This document shows positions 25,506-33,226 of a stretch of DNA of 36,791 nucleotides, piece after piece. Location: IMG/VR virus record IMGVR_UViG_3300046004_001633, positions 1 through 36,791 of that record; one strand, given 5' to 3'. A program made the position numbers and the translations under genes. The stretch is from a virus. Lineage: Duplodnaviria; Heunggongvirae; Uroviricota; Caudoviricetes. The first letter of the stretch is position 1; the number at the start of each line of letters is the position of its first letter. The notes below the pieces were generated by a model that ran no database searches, had not been told where the DNA came from, and saw nothing but the letters and a program-made list of their open reading frames with translations.

Positions 25506-26456
25506 CTAATCTGCTGCGATGATTTGCTCTGCTACCAACATTGTCGGATCCTCAAAGCCCATTGCACATATTCTAGCGGCTTTGATAAAGCTTCTTAGGT
25601 TAATGTCAACCCCGCCAAATTTAGCATTCAACTCCTTCATAATATCTAAGGCTTGACGCTTAGCCGGTAAAGGAATGCTGCGCTCCATTGACTCCAACAA
25701 CTGCTCCATTCGGACAAACATTTGCGCGGTATTCATTGAGATGTCAGCCACAAAGCTTCGGCTACGGATAGCGGCATCCAATTTGCTTTGGTGGATATTT
25801 GAGATGAATATAATCTTCCCTGTGAACTCAAAGCGGCTTGGGATAGGCTCGCCAAACTCATCTTTAAGCGGTTTGCTTGAGATATATGAGATCTGACGAG
25901 TGTCATAGCTATCCAATGCTGCCTTTAATATATTCACAGCATCATCGTCTTTAAAGATTGAGTCACAGTCATCCAACACTACAATCTTATCTGAGTTGGC
26001 ATACAATGTCATATACAATCCAGCCGGCGTTGCTTTCCCTTTGAAATGCTCAAAGTCATATGACTCTCTTAAGCCCATTTGGGTTAAAGTCTCTTTTACT
26101 AGGTGAGTCTTGCCGACACCTGCCATTCCTGTAATTACTAAGGACGGTTGGATTCCTCTACCTACCATTTTGGTAAGGCGCTCCAAGTTCTCAAACATTA
26201 CCTCAGGATCTCTGCTTTCAACAACTGACATAAAAGACATCTTGCTAGGCGCTGCTTTCGGCATTGACACTCCTGCCTCTGCTGCTGCGATTCTGCTTAC
26301 TCTGCCTGTGCTGCTCACTGCCAACACTTCTCTGTTACTTTCTGCTGATCTCAATTGCACTTCGCGGATCAATCCCTTTGCTGCAAATTCTCCGGTCTTT
26401 ACATTCTTTGCCATCAATTTGCCATTTACTCTTACTGCTTCAAATACATTCATCAT
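25506..26456 (-). CDS. P-loop (AAA-type) ATPase
   Basis: Walker A GMAGVGKT, Walker B VVLDDCD, sensor-like FISN; cassette promoter and leader. Confidence 0.85.
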   Translation of the reverse strand: MMNVFEAVRVNGKLMAKNVKTGEFAAKGLIREVQLRSAESNREVLAVSSTGRVSRIAAAEAGVSMPKAAPSKMSFMSVVESRDPEVMFENLERLTKMVGRGIQPSLVITGMAGVGKTHLVKETLTQMGLRESYDFEHFKGKATPAGLYMTLYANSDKIVVLDDCDSIFKDDDAVNILKAALDSYDTRQISYISSKPLKDEFGEPIPSRFEFTGKIIFISNIHQSKLDAAIRSRSFVADISMNTAQMFVRMEQLLESMERSIPLPAKRQALDIMKELNAKFGGVDINLRSFIKAARICAMGFEDPTMLVAEQIIAAD

Positions 26457-26569
26457 ACTCTCTCTTTTTTTTTAAATTATGCTTAGGGCTTATCCCTTAT
26501 TGCTATACTTAAAGATAAGGCATATTAATATAGGATCCTACCTTTTTCTTAACTTTGTTTAAACTTTGT

Positions 26570-26734
26570 TTATCCAAAAAACCCTCCGGCAATTAGGATC
26601 CAAATCATCAATCCAGCATCTACTAACGATGTAAATAGGTTATAGGTTTTGATACATGTTTTGCCATGCATATATGCATTCGCTAATAAACGAATTCCTA
26701 ATAGTACGATTAAAATAATTTGCGGTGCTCCCAT
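26570..26734 (-). CDS. Small membrane protein (54 aa)
   Basis: Not in the ORF track. MGAPQIILIVLLGIRLLANAYMHGKTCIKTYNLFTSLVDAGLMIWILIAGGFFG; AAAAAGAGAGAC leader and cassette promoter. Confidence 0.75.
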   Translation of the reverse strand: MGAPQIILIVLLGIRLLANAYMHGKTCIKTYNLFTSLVDAGLMIWILIAGGFFG

Positions 26735-26836
26735 GTCTCTCTTTTTAATTTAATTTATATCCCTTATTGCTATACTTAAAGATAAGCATTTTTCACTTCA
26801 CGTCCTAGCATTTCAGTAACTTTGTTTGAAAAAGTT

Positions 26837-27007
26837 TTAATGCCATTTAGGATCAATTAACACATAGTTATATCGTACAACTCCGTTATCATCAGCCGTC
26901 ATTAGCTGTATCCTATATAGGGAACCTTCAGTGCCCATATAATCTTCGAAGTCACTAGCATTGCGTAATGCTTCCCATGTTTCTCTATTAACCTTTTTGA
27001 ATCTCAT
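26837..27007 (-). CDS. Hypothetical protein (56 aa)
   Basis: Start moved to MRFKKV (27007), which has an AAAGAGAGA leader and avoids overlap with the upstream gene. Confidence 0.55.
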   Translation of the reverse strand: MRFKKVNRETWEALRNASDFEDYMGTEGSLYRIQLMTADDNGVVRYNYVLIDPKWH

Positions 27008-27071
27008 AGTATCTCTCTTTACGTCCTTAAGGGCCGACATTTCTGCCGACCCGGGATCTATTAGGTTGCCA

Positions 27072-27521
27072 TTAAATGGTGTCATCATCTTCACCGCGCG
27101 GGAATGACCAAGCTTCATTTAATGTGGCATCTTCCTCTCGGGCGAACGTCATATCTTCCACAACCTCTTTCTCAGCTTCTTCCTCTTCTTCCGGTACACT
27201 TACAAACTCATCGATGCATGCGGTGATATGCTGCATCGTGTCATACACATTGATACTTGCTGATCTCAACTCGAGCTGGTTGTTATATGATATATCAAAT
27301 TCTGCCGATCCGGTGTCAACTAAATCATCTGAATTATAATCTAAGACCCGCTCAATCTTATTAAGCAACACGTCTGCGATTTCCTGGCCAAAGCCAAACA
27401 CTTTCTCTACGCGAACCTCGGGCTCAATTTGACCTAACAACTCAATTACTTTGTCAATGTCAACTTGTGATGACAATGTTTTTGCTCCTTCTAACTGTGC
27501 AATTAATTCTTCTCTTTTCAT
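27072..27521 (-). CDS. Acidic hypothetical early protein
   Basis: 149 aa; cassette promoter and AAAAAAGAGAG leader. Confidence 0.7.
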   Translation of the reverse strand: MKREELIAQLEGAKTLSSQVDIDKVIELLGQIEPEVRVEKVFGFGQEIADVLLNKIERVLDYNSDDLVDTGSAEFDISYNNQLELRSASINVYDTMQHITACIDEFVSVPEEEEEAEKEVVEDMTFAREEDATLNEAWSFPRGEDDDTI

Positions 27522-27626
27522 ACTCTCTTTTTTGGTTTAAAATTTATTAACTCTTTCTATACTTAAAGATAAGGCATATTAATATAGGATCCTAATCTTT
27601 TTCAATCTTTTTTTAAACTTTGTTTG

Positions 27627-27830
27627 CTACCTCGCGAGCCTGCCATTAAAGAATAATAAGGCTTCTCCTTCTTGCATGCCTTCAACTTCAATGTTACAAT
27701 TCCCGTTGTTCACATCCATTAGGTCGTCCTGATCCAGAATGTCGAAGCTTACATTCTCAATATGCAAAATGCTAATAAACTCTTCCGCATTTAGCAATTT
27801 CGCGCAGTTGATAATTTGATCTCTTTCCAT
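27627..27830 (-). CDS. Hypothetical protein
   Basis: 67-aa ORF in an operon. Confidence 0.6.
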   Translation of the reverse strand: MERDQIINCAKLLNAEEFISILHIENVSFDILDQDDLMDVNNGNCNIEVEGMQEGEALLFFNGRLAR

Positions 27831-27835
27831 GTTGC

Positions 27836-27952
27836 TTAGTTGAATATGATTGAATAAATAAATGCCTGGCCTGCTAATCCTTGTTGCAATCTCTGCATTT
27901 CGATTTGGGCTACTTGCTGCTTTGCTGTGAGTCTTTTAAATTGATTTTTCAT
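27836..27952 (-). CDS. Hypothetical peptide (38 aa)
   Basis: Not in the ORF track. MKNQFKRLTAKQQVAQIEMQRLQQGLAGQAFIYSIIFN fills the gap between two genes. Confidence 0.5.
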   Translation of the reverse strand: MKNQFKRLTAKQQVAQIEMQRLQQGLAGQAFIYSIIFN

Positions 27953-27960
27953 GGGGTTTA

Positions 27961-28173
27961 TTATTTAGATGATTTACATGGACAAGATTCTGAATGGCAT
28001 AATGATCCTCCCTGACGAACTTCATATGTTAAGTACTCATGCCCTTCGAACTTAACAACCCGGATGAGTTGATTAACGTCGATTCTCATTCTATCCGATA
28101 CCTCTACTTCCGGTGAAGTGTTACAACTTCCTAATGCTAATGTTACTCCTAATACTACTGCTAACTTTCTCAT
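27961..28173 (-). CDS. Small lipoprotein
   Basis: MRKLAVVLGVTLALGSC lipobox; C-terminal CHSESCPC. Confidence 0.7.
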   Translation of the reverse strand: MRKLAVVLGVTLALGSCNTSPEVEVSDRMRIDVNQLIRVVKFEGHEYLTYEVRQGGSLCHSESCPCKSSK

Positions 28174-28249
28174 ATCTCTTTCTTTTTATTAAAGATAAGG
28201 TATATTCACTTCACGTCCTAGCATTTTCCAAGAAAAGTTTCAGAAAAGT

Positions 28250-28990
28250 TTACAGGTATTGTTCCAACAATTTGATCCCCGGTACCTTAGCCAAATCCAA
28301 TTCAGCCTGACGAACCAACTGTCTTGCTCGCTCTCCGGTAACCTCAAGCTCCTCAGCAATTTGATCCATGCATTGTGCATATTCAAATCCAATACCATAG
28401 AATCGGGTGATTGCCGCCCTTTGCTTAGGCTTTAAGTGATTCAATGCTCTTTGTAGGTCAAATTGGAGATCTTGTGTGTCGCGGTTGCTTTTGCTGGCTT
28501 CTGCTACCAAATAGCGATCCGCATAGGTCTCAGCATTCTCAGAATCTCCTACTGGAGTTGAAATGCTTTTAACTGAGTACTCTTCGGTTGCGGTACGGTG
28601 TGATGGGATACGCACAGTACGACCTAAGTCATTCAAAGCCTTTTGCAACTCAGCACGGATATACCATATTGCAAAGGTAATGAACTTAACTCCGCGGGAT
28701 GCATCAAATCTTTCGGCAGCTTCGAATAAACCAATATTACCGAATCCAATAAGATCCTCTAATTGTACTCCCATTCCTTGATACTGCTTGGCTACTTGAA
28801 CCACAAAGCGAAGGTTGGCTTGCACTAAGGCATTTGTGGCTCTTCGGTCACCTGCTGCTGACTTGATAGCTAACTCTTGTTCTTCCGGCTTTGTAAGCAT
28901 TGCCGTCTTTTTGATCTCCTTAAGATATTGAACGGTGCTTTCCGCGGTTGGTACTATTGCTCCTGTGGTAACATAAATTTTCTTTGACAT
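28250..28990 (-). CDS. Phage-encoded sigma70-family RNA polymerase sigma factor
   Basis: Region 1.2 YLKEI...LT..EE; region 2 ANLRFVVQVAKQYQG...DLIGFGNIGLFEAAERFD..RGVKFITFA; region 4 QIAEELEVTGERARQL. Confidence 0.92.
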   Translation of the reverse strand: MSKKIYVTTGAIVPTAESTVQYLKEIKKTAMLTKPEEQELAIKSAAGDRRATNALVQANLRFVVQVAKQYQGMGVQLEDLIGFGNIGLFEAAERFDASRGVKFITFAIWYIRAELQKALNDLGRTVRIPSHRTATEEYSVKSISTPVGDSENAETYADRYLVAEASKSNRDTQDLQFDLQRALNHLKPKQRAAITRFYGIGFEYAQCMDQIAEELEVTGERARQLVRQAELDLAKVPGIKLLEQYL

Positions 28991-29033
28991 ATCTCTCTTT
29001 TTTTAAATTATAACTCATTTGTATTGCAACCGA

Positions 29034-29228
29034 CTACTTGCCGGTTGCTAGGAACTTAAACGATACTCGGATCTTCTCCGGTTGCGTTGCTACATACTCT
29101 GCTCGAGCCTGTCCCTGGCGGATTGCTTCCTTTACGGTAGTGTCACTAATTGTGCTTCTAGCATCTTTGCTAAATTGACCTAATACTGCGTCTTGCTTAA
29201 ACTTGCCTGAATTTCTTTTTCCAATCAT
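29034..29228 (-). CDS. Hypothetical early protein
   Basis: 64 aa; cassette promoter and leader; probably co-transcribed with the sigma gene. Confidence 0.6.
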   Translation of the reverse strand: MIGKRNSGKFKQDAVLGQFSKDARSTISDTTVKEAIRQGQARAEYVATQPEKIRVSFKFLATGK

Positions 29229-29335
29229 CTCTCTTTGTTTTTAAATCGGGAACCATTTCCCTTTCTCCTTATATAAAGATAAGGCATATTAATATAGGAT
29301 CCTAATCTTTTCCAAGAAAAGTTTCAACTTTTTTA

Positions 29336-29560
29336 TTATATTTCTATTGTTATTGTATCTATTCCGATTCGGATTCGGAATATATTAGATAATGAATCTA
29401 TTTGTTCCAATGTGATATCAATACCGGTACCATCGAAATAATATTCAAAGTATTGCTTACGCTGTCTAAATGATGTCTCTAATTGAGGTAATATTTCTAC
29501 AATGGATAATTTATCCTGACCCATTATAACACCTTCGCTAATTTCAATTATTCTTTTCAT
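29336..29560 (-). CDS. Hypothetical early protein
   Basis: Own cassette promoter and AAAAAGAGAGA leader. Confidence 0.65.
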   Translation of the reverse strand: MKRIIEISEGVIMGQDKLSIVEILPQLETSFRQRKQYFEYYFDGTGIDITLEQIDSLSNIFRIRIGIDTITIEI

Positions 29561-29640
29561 ATTCTCTCTTTTTAATTTTAATAAAGATAAGGTTAATTAA
29601 TATAGGATCCTAATCTTTTGGTAACTTTGTTTGAATTATC

Positions 29641-29907
29641 TTATTCACACTCACACCAAGTCTGAGAGCAACCAACACATATAATACTTTCCGGTTCCAG
29701 CATAGGAGTAATAATTCCGGATGCTAACAATGCTGCGATTAAATCGGTATTTGGCACAAACCCATTAGGCATAAATTGATCCAGGAATGTATCAGTGCAT
29801 GCTTCCTCAGAATCAAACTCCTCATTAAACTCTGCTTCCAGGATTGCTTCAAGGAATTGCGCAATCTCTGCGGCTAGGGTAATGTCAACTTTAAACTCTC
29901 TTTTCAT
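29641..29907 (-). CDS. Hypothetical early protein, acidic, C-terminal Cys cluster
   Basis: CVGCSQTWCEC; own cassette. Confidence 0.65.
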   Translation of the reverse strand: MKREFKVDITLAAEIAQFLEAILEAEFNEEFDSEEACTDTFLDQFMPNGFVPNTDLIAALLASGIITPMLEPESIICVGCSQTWCECE

Positions 29908-29977
29908 GGTCTCTCTTTTTAATTTTAATAAAGATAAGCATTTTTATGTTTGGATCCTAATCTTTTGCAAACTTTGT

Positions 29978-30208
29978 TTAAACTTTTTTGCTGATGCCGG
30001 AATGTGCAATCTCAGCAATAATATCAATTAATATGCGGGGATCTACATGATTTATAAATGTACAACCACAGCCTCCAAACCCATACTCAGCAACTAATTT
30101 GTCGTCAATTAGGATCTGTGCTACGTCATCATCCAGAAAGGTTCTAACTCTAACTAACTGATCCGCTACCGTAAATGTCGATACTACTGCATTCTCAAAA
30201 TTTCTCAT
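29978..30208 (-). CDS. Hypothetical early protein
   Basis: Own cassette and leader. Confidence 0.65.
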   Translation of the reverse strand: MRNFENAVVSTFTVADQLVRVRTFLDDDVAQILIDDKLVAEYGFGGCGCTFINHVDPRILIDIIAEIAHSGISKKV

Positions 30209-30286
30209 ATATCTCTCTTTTTAATTTTAATAAAGATAAGCATTTTTCTCTTCGGATCCTAGGATTTTCTAGAAAAAGATTACTGG

Positions 30287-30673
30287 CTAATTAAAGCCAA
30301 TAAATCCTTTCTCTAACTCTAACCCTAACTCCTCTGCTATCTCTTTTAAATGGTATAGTGGAGCTTCATCTAAGTCTTGCATCACTTGCTCTGCTACGGT
30401 CTCAACCGTATATCCAAATCCAAATCCGTAACATGTAATTGCTCTTTGGATAGCTAGCATCTGTTCCGTTGCATTATGCTCCCAATCCAAACAATCCAAA
30501 TAAAAGTCCACATCCTCATCAAACTCTTTGACAAATTCCATTAATGCTGCGATCCAAAGTGACTCAACCTCATTGCGAACAATATCAGCCACTAACTCAT
30601 TGTGGTTATACATTTCTGTACTCCATGGCTTAACAATTTGGATGCCATACTCTACTTTTGCTTCTTTTTTCAT
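30287..30673 (-). CDS. Acidic hypothetical early protein
   Basis: 128 aa; own cassette and leader. Confidence 0.7.
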   Translation of the reverse strand: MKKEAKVEYGIQIVKPWSTEMYNHNELVADIVRNEVESLWIAALMEFVKEFDEDVDFYLDCLDWEHNATEQMLAIQRAITCYGFGFGYTVETVAEQVMQDLDEAPLYHLKEIAEELGLELEKGFIGFN

Positions 30674-30756
30674 AATCTCTCTTTTTATGATTGGGAATCA
30701 TTTCCCTTTCTGCTTATATAAAGATAAGCATTTTTAATATAGGATCCTAATCTTTT

Positions 30757-30906
30757 TCAATATTTGTTTCGAATAATTTTAATGGTTTCTGTGACGCCGG
30801 TTGCACATTTACGGATTTCAACATAACCCAATTTAATATCAGTCACGCACTCAATTTTACCTTCTTTAATTTGTTGCTCCACAGTTCTTACTTTTAATCT
30901 TCTCAT
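30757..30906 (-). CDS. Hypothetical early protein (49 aa)
   Basis: Not in the ORF track. MRRLKVRTVEQQIKEGKIECVTDIKLGYVEIRKCATGVTETIKIIRNKY; AAAAAGAGAGACG leader and cassette. Confidence 0.7.
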   Translation of the reverse strand: MRRLKVRTVEQQIKEGKIECVTDIKLGYVEIRKCATGVTETIKIIRNKY

Positions 30907-30993
30907 CGTCTCTCTTTTTAATTTTAATAAAGATAAGCATTTTTATTTTCGGATCCTAATCTTTTTGCAACTTTGTTTGAATTATTTTTCAGT

Positions 30994-31019
30994 AAAAAAG
31001 CGCCACCCGGAGATGACGC
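30994..31019 (-). terminator. Intrinsic terminator
   Basis: GCGTCATC-TCCG-GGTGGCGC followed by T6. Confidence 0.75.
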
Positions 31020-31288
31020 CTACCCTTCTAGAAGAGAGAGAAAAACTAGAAGACTTACCTAACCATATCGCGGTCATACCGCACAGCCTCACTCTGCCTA
31101 CTCGCCGTCCGTGCCTGAGCATTCTCGGAACCCTGGAGCCTGACTGGAGGATCTATATATATACAATTAAGAGCCGGAGGTGTTAGGCATCAACTGCGCT
31201 CAAGCTTCTGAGGCCCTCTGGCATATGTTGCTTGTGGTTGCCGGCTCTAGATAATTGGCACCATCATCCCTAATGGCCTTCTTATTAC
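30994..31288 (-). ncRNA. Candidate structured non-coding RNA (~295 nt)
   Basis: Lies between a promoter (TTGGAT-N17-TATTAT, ~31295-31323) and a terminator; no credible ORF; ~53% G+C over 31081-31260 by my count; stems AGAGCCGG/CCGGCTCT and CTTCTAG/CTAGAAG. Confidence 0.5.
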
Positions 31289-31395
31289 ACTTATATAATA
31301 AGAAATATACTGCTAGGATCCAACCAAATGCGCGTGAATGTTTACTCCGTATAGCTAGCGAACCGAATGAATCGCACCTAAAAGTGCGGTTTGTT

Positions 31396-31821
31396 CTAAA
31401 AATAGACTAGGCATAAACCGGTATATTGGTCTAAAAATAGCCTAAAAGTACCGGATCCTAGCAGTATCCTTCTAAAAATAGACTAGATCCTTCTAAAAAT
31501 AGAACCCTCAAATATACCATATATACAGCAAACCGTCTATATATACACGATAGACCCGATCCTTCTAAAAATAACGTTACTCTGTATAGCTATAGAACCG
31601 ATAGATCTTTCTAAAAATAGAATGCATATTATGCGCATATTGGTCTAAAAATAGAATCATCCTGCAGGTACCTGGTGACTCGGCGTCCTGGTATTTTCGT
31701 CTAAAAATAGAATGGGGAGGGGGAGGTGGTCTTCTAAAAATAGACTAGATCCTTCTAAAAATAGAATATCCTTCTAAAAATAGGATTACCGGATAAGTGC
31801 TTCTAAGCCGTCTAAAAATAG
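31396..31821 (+). repeat. Iteron-like repeats CTAAAAATAG x11 (+1 variant)
   Basis: Exact copies at 31396, 31431, 31472, 31493, 31611, 31645, 31701, 31734, 31755, 31774, 31812; CTAAAAATAA at 31565; no ORF. Confidence 0.9.
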
Positions 31822-32092
31822 AATCTGGTATCTAGGCATTGCTGGAATGGAGATATAGAAGGTACGCCCCCTTAAAACTAATAGAAGGGCTAGGAATATA
31901 CTTAACCTAGCCTACCTCCTCCTTCTAGACACTCAATCTGCGTACACATCTCAGGCAATGACACGGAAAAATACTGGAATCCATAGGGATCATCTATGCT
32001 GCGTCTTATTTCCATAGACACGGGCCCTGTGGGGCTATTGGTATTACTATCGTTATGCTTATTATTCCTGTTGCTATGTTATGCATTTGCAT

Positions 32093-32269
32093 TTATTTTA
32101 ATTTATTACATTTTGAACAATATCTAAAGGGTGGTATTCTACTCCAACCAAATGTTTTATATATCCAATTATGTTGACATGACGATTTTCTAACATCAGA
32201 TATATTCAATTGTTTTTCATATTCTTGAACTATCTGCTTTGCTTTTAAGTAATCTTCTTTTTTTATCAT
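32093..32269 (-). CDS. Hypothetical protein (58 aa) with Zn-binding-like motif
   Basis: Not in the ORF track. MIKKEDYLKAKQIVQEYEKQL...CQHNW...YCSKCNKLK. Confidence 0.65.
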   Translation of the reverse strand: MIKKEDYLKAKQIVQEYEKQLNISDVRKSSCQHNWIYKTFGWSRIPPFRYCSKCNKLK

Positions 32270-32316
32270 TTGTATTTTTATTTAGAAGCTTATCCGTAAA
32301 CTGCTAAGTCTTCTAG

Positions 32317-32574
32317 TTAGTTAGGAGTTGTGTTAAATGTTTCGTTGTAGTAATCAATTGCATCTTCTTTATCTTCTTTATCAGAAGTTGAATCAAAACC
32401 AAGTGGTGTTAATGATTCTTCTATAATATGCAATACAATTAATTGTCCTTCATGATAGGATTTTATTATCTGCTGCTTCTCCATTTCTTTGGCTGCTTCT
32501 AAAATATTACTTGGTAATGAGTAATCATTTTGCTTCCAAAGTGTTTCATATAACCATTCTATTGCTGTTGTCAT
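32317..32574 (-). CDS. Hypothetical phage protein (TAVEWL / EMEKQQI / YYNETF type)
   Basis: Shares EMEKQQI...YYNETF with 32766-33050. Confidence 0.7.
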   Translation of the reverse strand: MTTAIEWLYETLWKQNDYSLPSNILEAAKEMEKQQIIKSYHEGQLIVLHIIEESLTPLGFDSTSDKEDKEDAIDYYNETFNTTPN

Positions 32575-32593
32575 TGTCTTTGTTGTTTAAATA

Positions 32594-32788
32594 TTACCAA
32601 AAATTTGCTATAAATGATATTAAAGCTAATCCAATTATACTAACAAATAAATACTTTAATACTATTTTCATTTCTTCTTTATCTTCTTTCCATCCATTAT
32701 AAACTGAGAAACACATAACTATTATAAAAATAGTTATTGCAATCCATCTTCCATATCCTAACATCTTATTCTGATTTAAAGGTTTCAT
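32594..32788 (-). CDS. Small two-TM membrane protein
   Basis: Two hydrophobic helices flanking KEDKEEMK. Confidence 0.65.
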   Translation of the reverse strand: MKPLNQNKMLGYGRWIAITIFIIVMCFSVYNGWKEDKEEMKIVLKYLFVSIIGLALISFIANFW

Positions 32789-33050
32789 TATAGTATTGTT
32801 CTGCTCTACCTATATTAGGGTCAAAGTTTGTTCCCATAGAATCATAGACTGCTTTCATTATCTGTTGCTTCTCCATTTCTAAAAGATTAACTAACTCTTG
32901 TCTCATAAAAACTAAAGCTATTTTCATTCCTTGATGTCTTTCCATTGAAGTAGCATCTTTAACTTTTGATGCATTAACCCTTCCTATTTGTGCAATTTCT
33001 ATTTGCTTATCAATCTTTTCAATTGCTTGTTTTACTGCTGTACCGGCCAT
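32766..33050 (-). CDS. Hypothetical phage protein, paralog of 32317-32574
   Basis: TAV...EMEKQQIMKA...YYNETFK. Confidence 0.7.
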   Translation of the reverse strand: MAGTAVKQAIEKIDKQIEIAQIGRVNASKVKDATSMERHQGMKIALVFMRQELVNLLEMEKQQIMKAVYDSMGTNFDPNIGRAEQYYNETFKSE

Positions 33051-33223
33051 ATATCTGATTCTATGTGATTATAAATTAATTGCATTATCCAGGCATTCTC
33101 AAACTCATACATGCCACAAGTAACGCCAGCATCTTCTCGAGTATCATAATACATTATTTTACCTTCGGCATCCTTCATGAAGTCCATGTTGCGAAGGTCT
33201 ATGATTACATACTGTCCTTTCAT
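33032..33223 (-). CDS. Hypothetical protein
   Basis: 63-aa ORF in an operon. Confidence 0.65.
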   Translation of the reverse strand: MKGQYVIIDLRNMDFMKDAEGKIMYYDTREDAGVTCGMYEFENAWIMQLIYNHIESDIWPVQQ

Positions 33224-33226
33224 ATT

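Larger units (their letters stand above)
21971..31324 (-). promoter_or_regulatory. Array of 16 conserved sigma70-type promoter cassettes, T(A/T)GGA(T/C)-N17-TAT(C/A/T)(T/A)T
   Basis: Plus-strand GGATCC at 22000, 24183, 24817, 26533, 27587, 29297, 29605, 29952, 30254, 30742, 30951, 31316; ACGTCC variants at 25227, 26800, 28213; GAATCC at 23416. Spacing to the (G/C/T)CTTAT box is fixed; often an upstream AAACAAAGTT element. Confidence 0.85.

Noticed and set aside
30965-31186. 73-aa plus-strand ORF
   Set aside because: Antisense to a promoter/terminator-bounded minus-strand unit; starts inside a promoter cassette; no leader or recognisable motif.
21971-31324. Repeated ~45-bp elements as a CRISPR array
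   Set aside because: Repeats are degenerate, spaced 200-1700 bp apart by ORFs and have promoter geometry; no cas genes.
31396-31821. CTAAAAATAG repeats as a mini-CRISPR
   Set aside because: The repeat is only 10-12 bp and spacers are irregular (9-70 bp) and partly duplicated.
31830-32090. Two short minus-strand ORFs (28 and 37 aa)
   Set aside because: No leader, promoter or recognisable motif; left unannotated.
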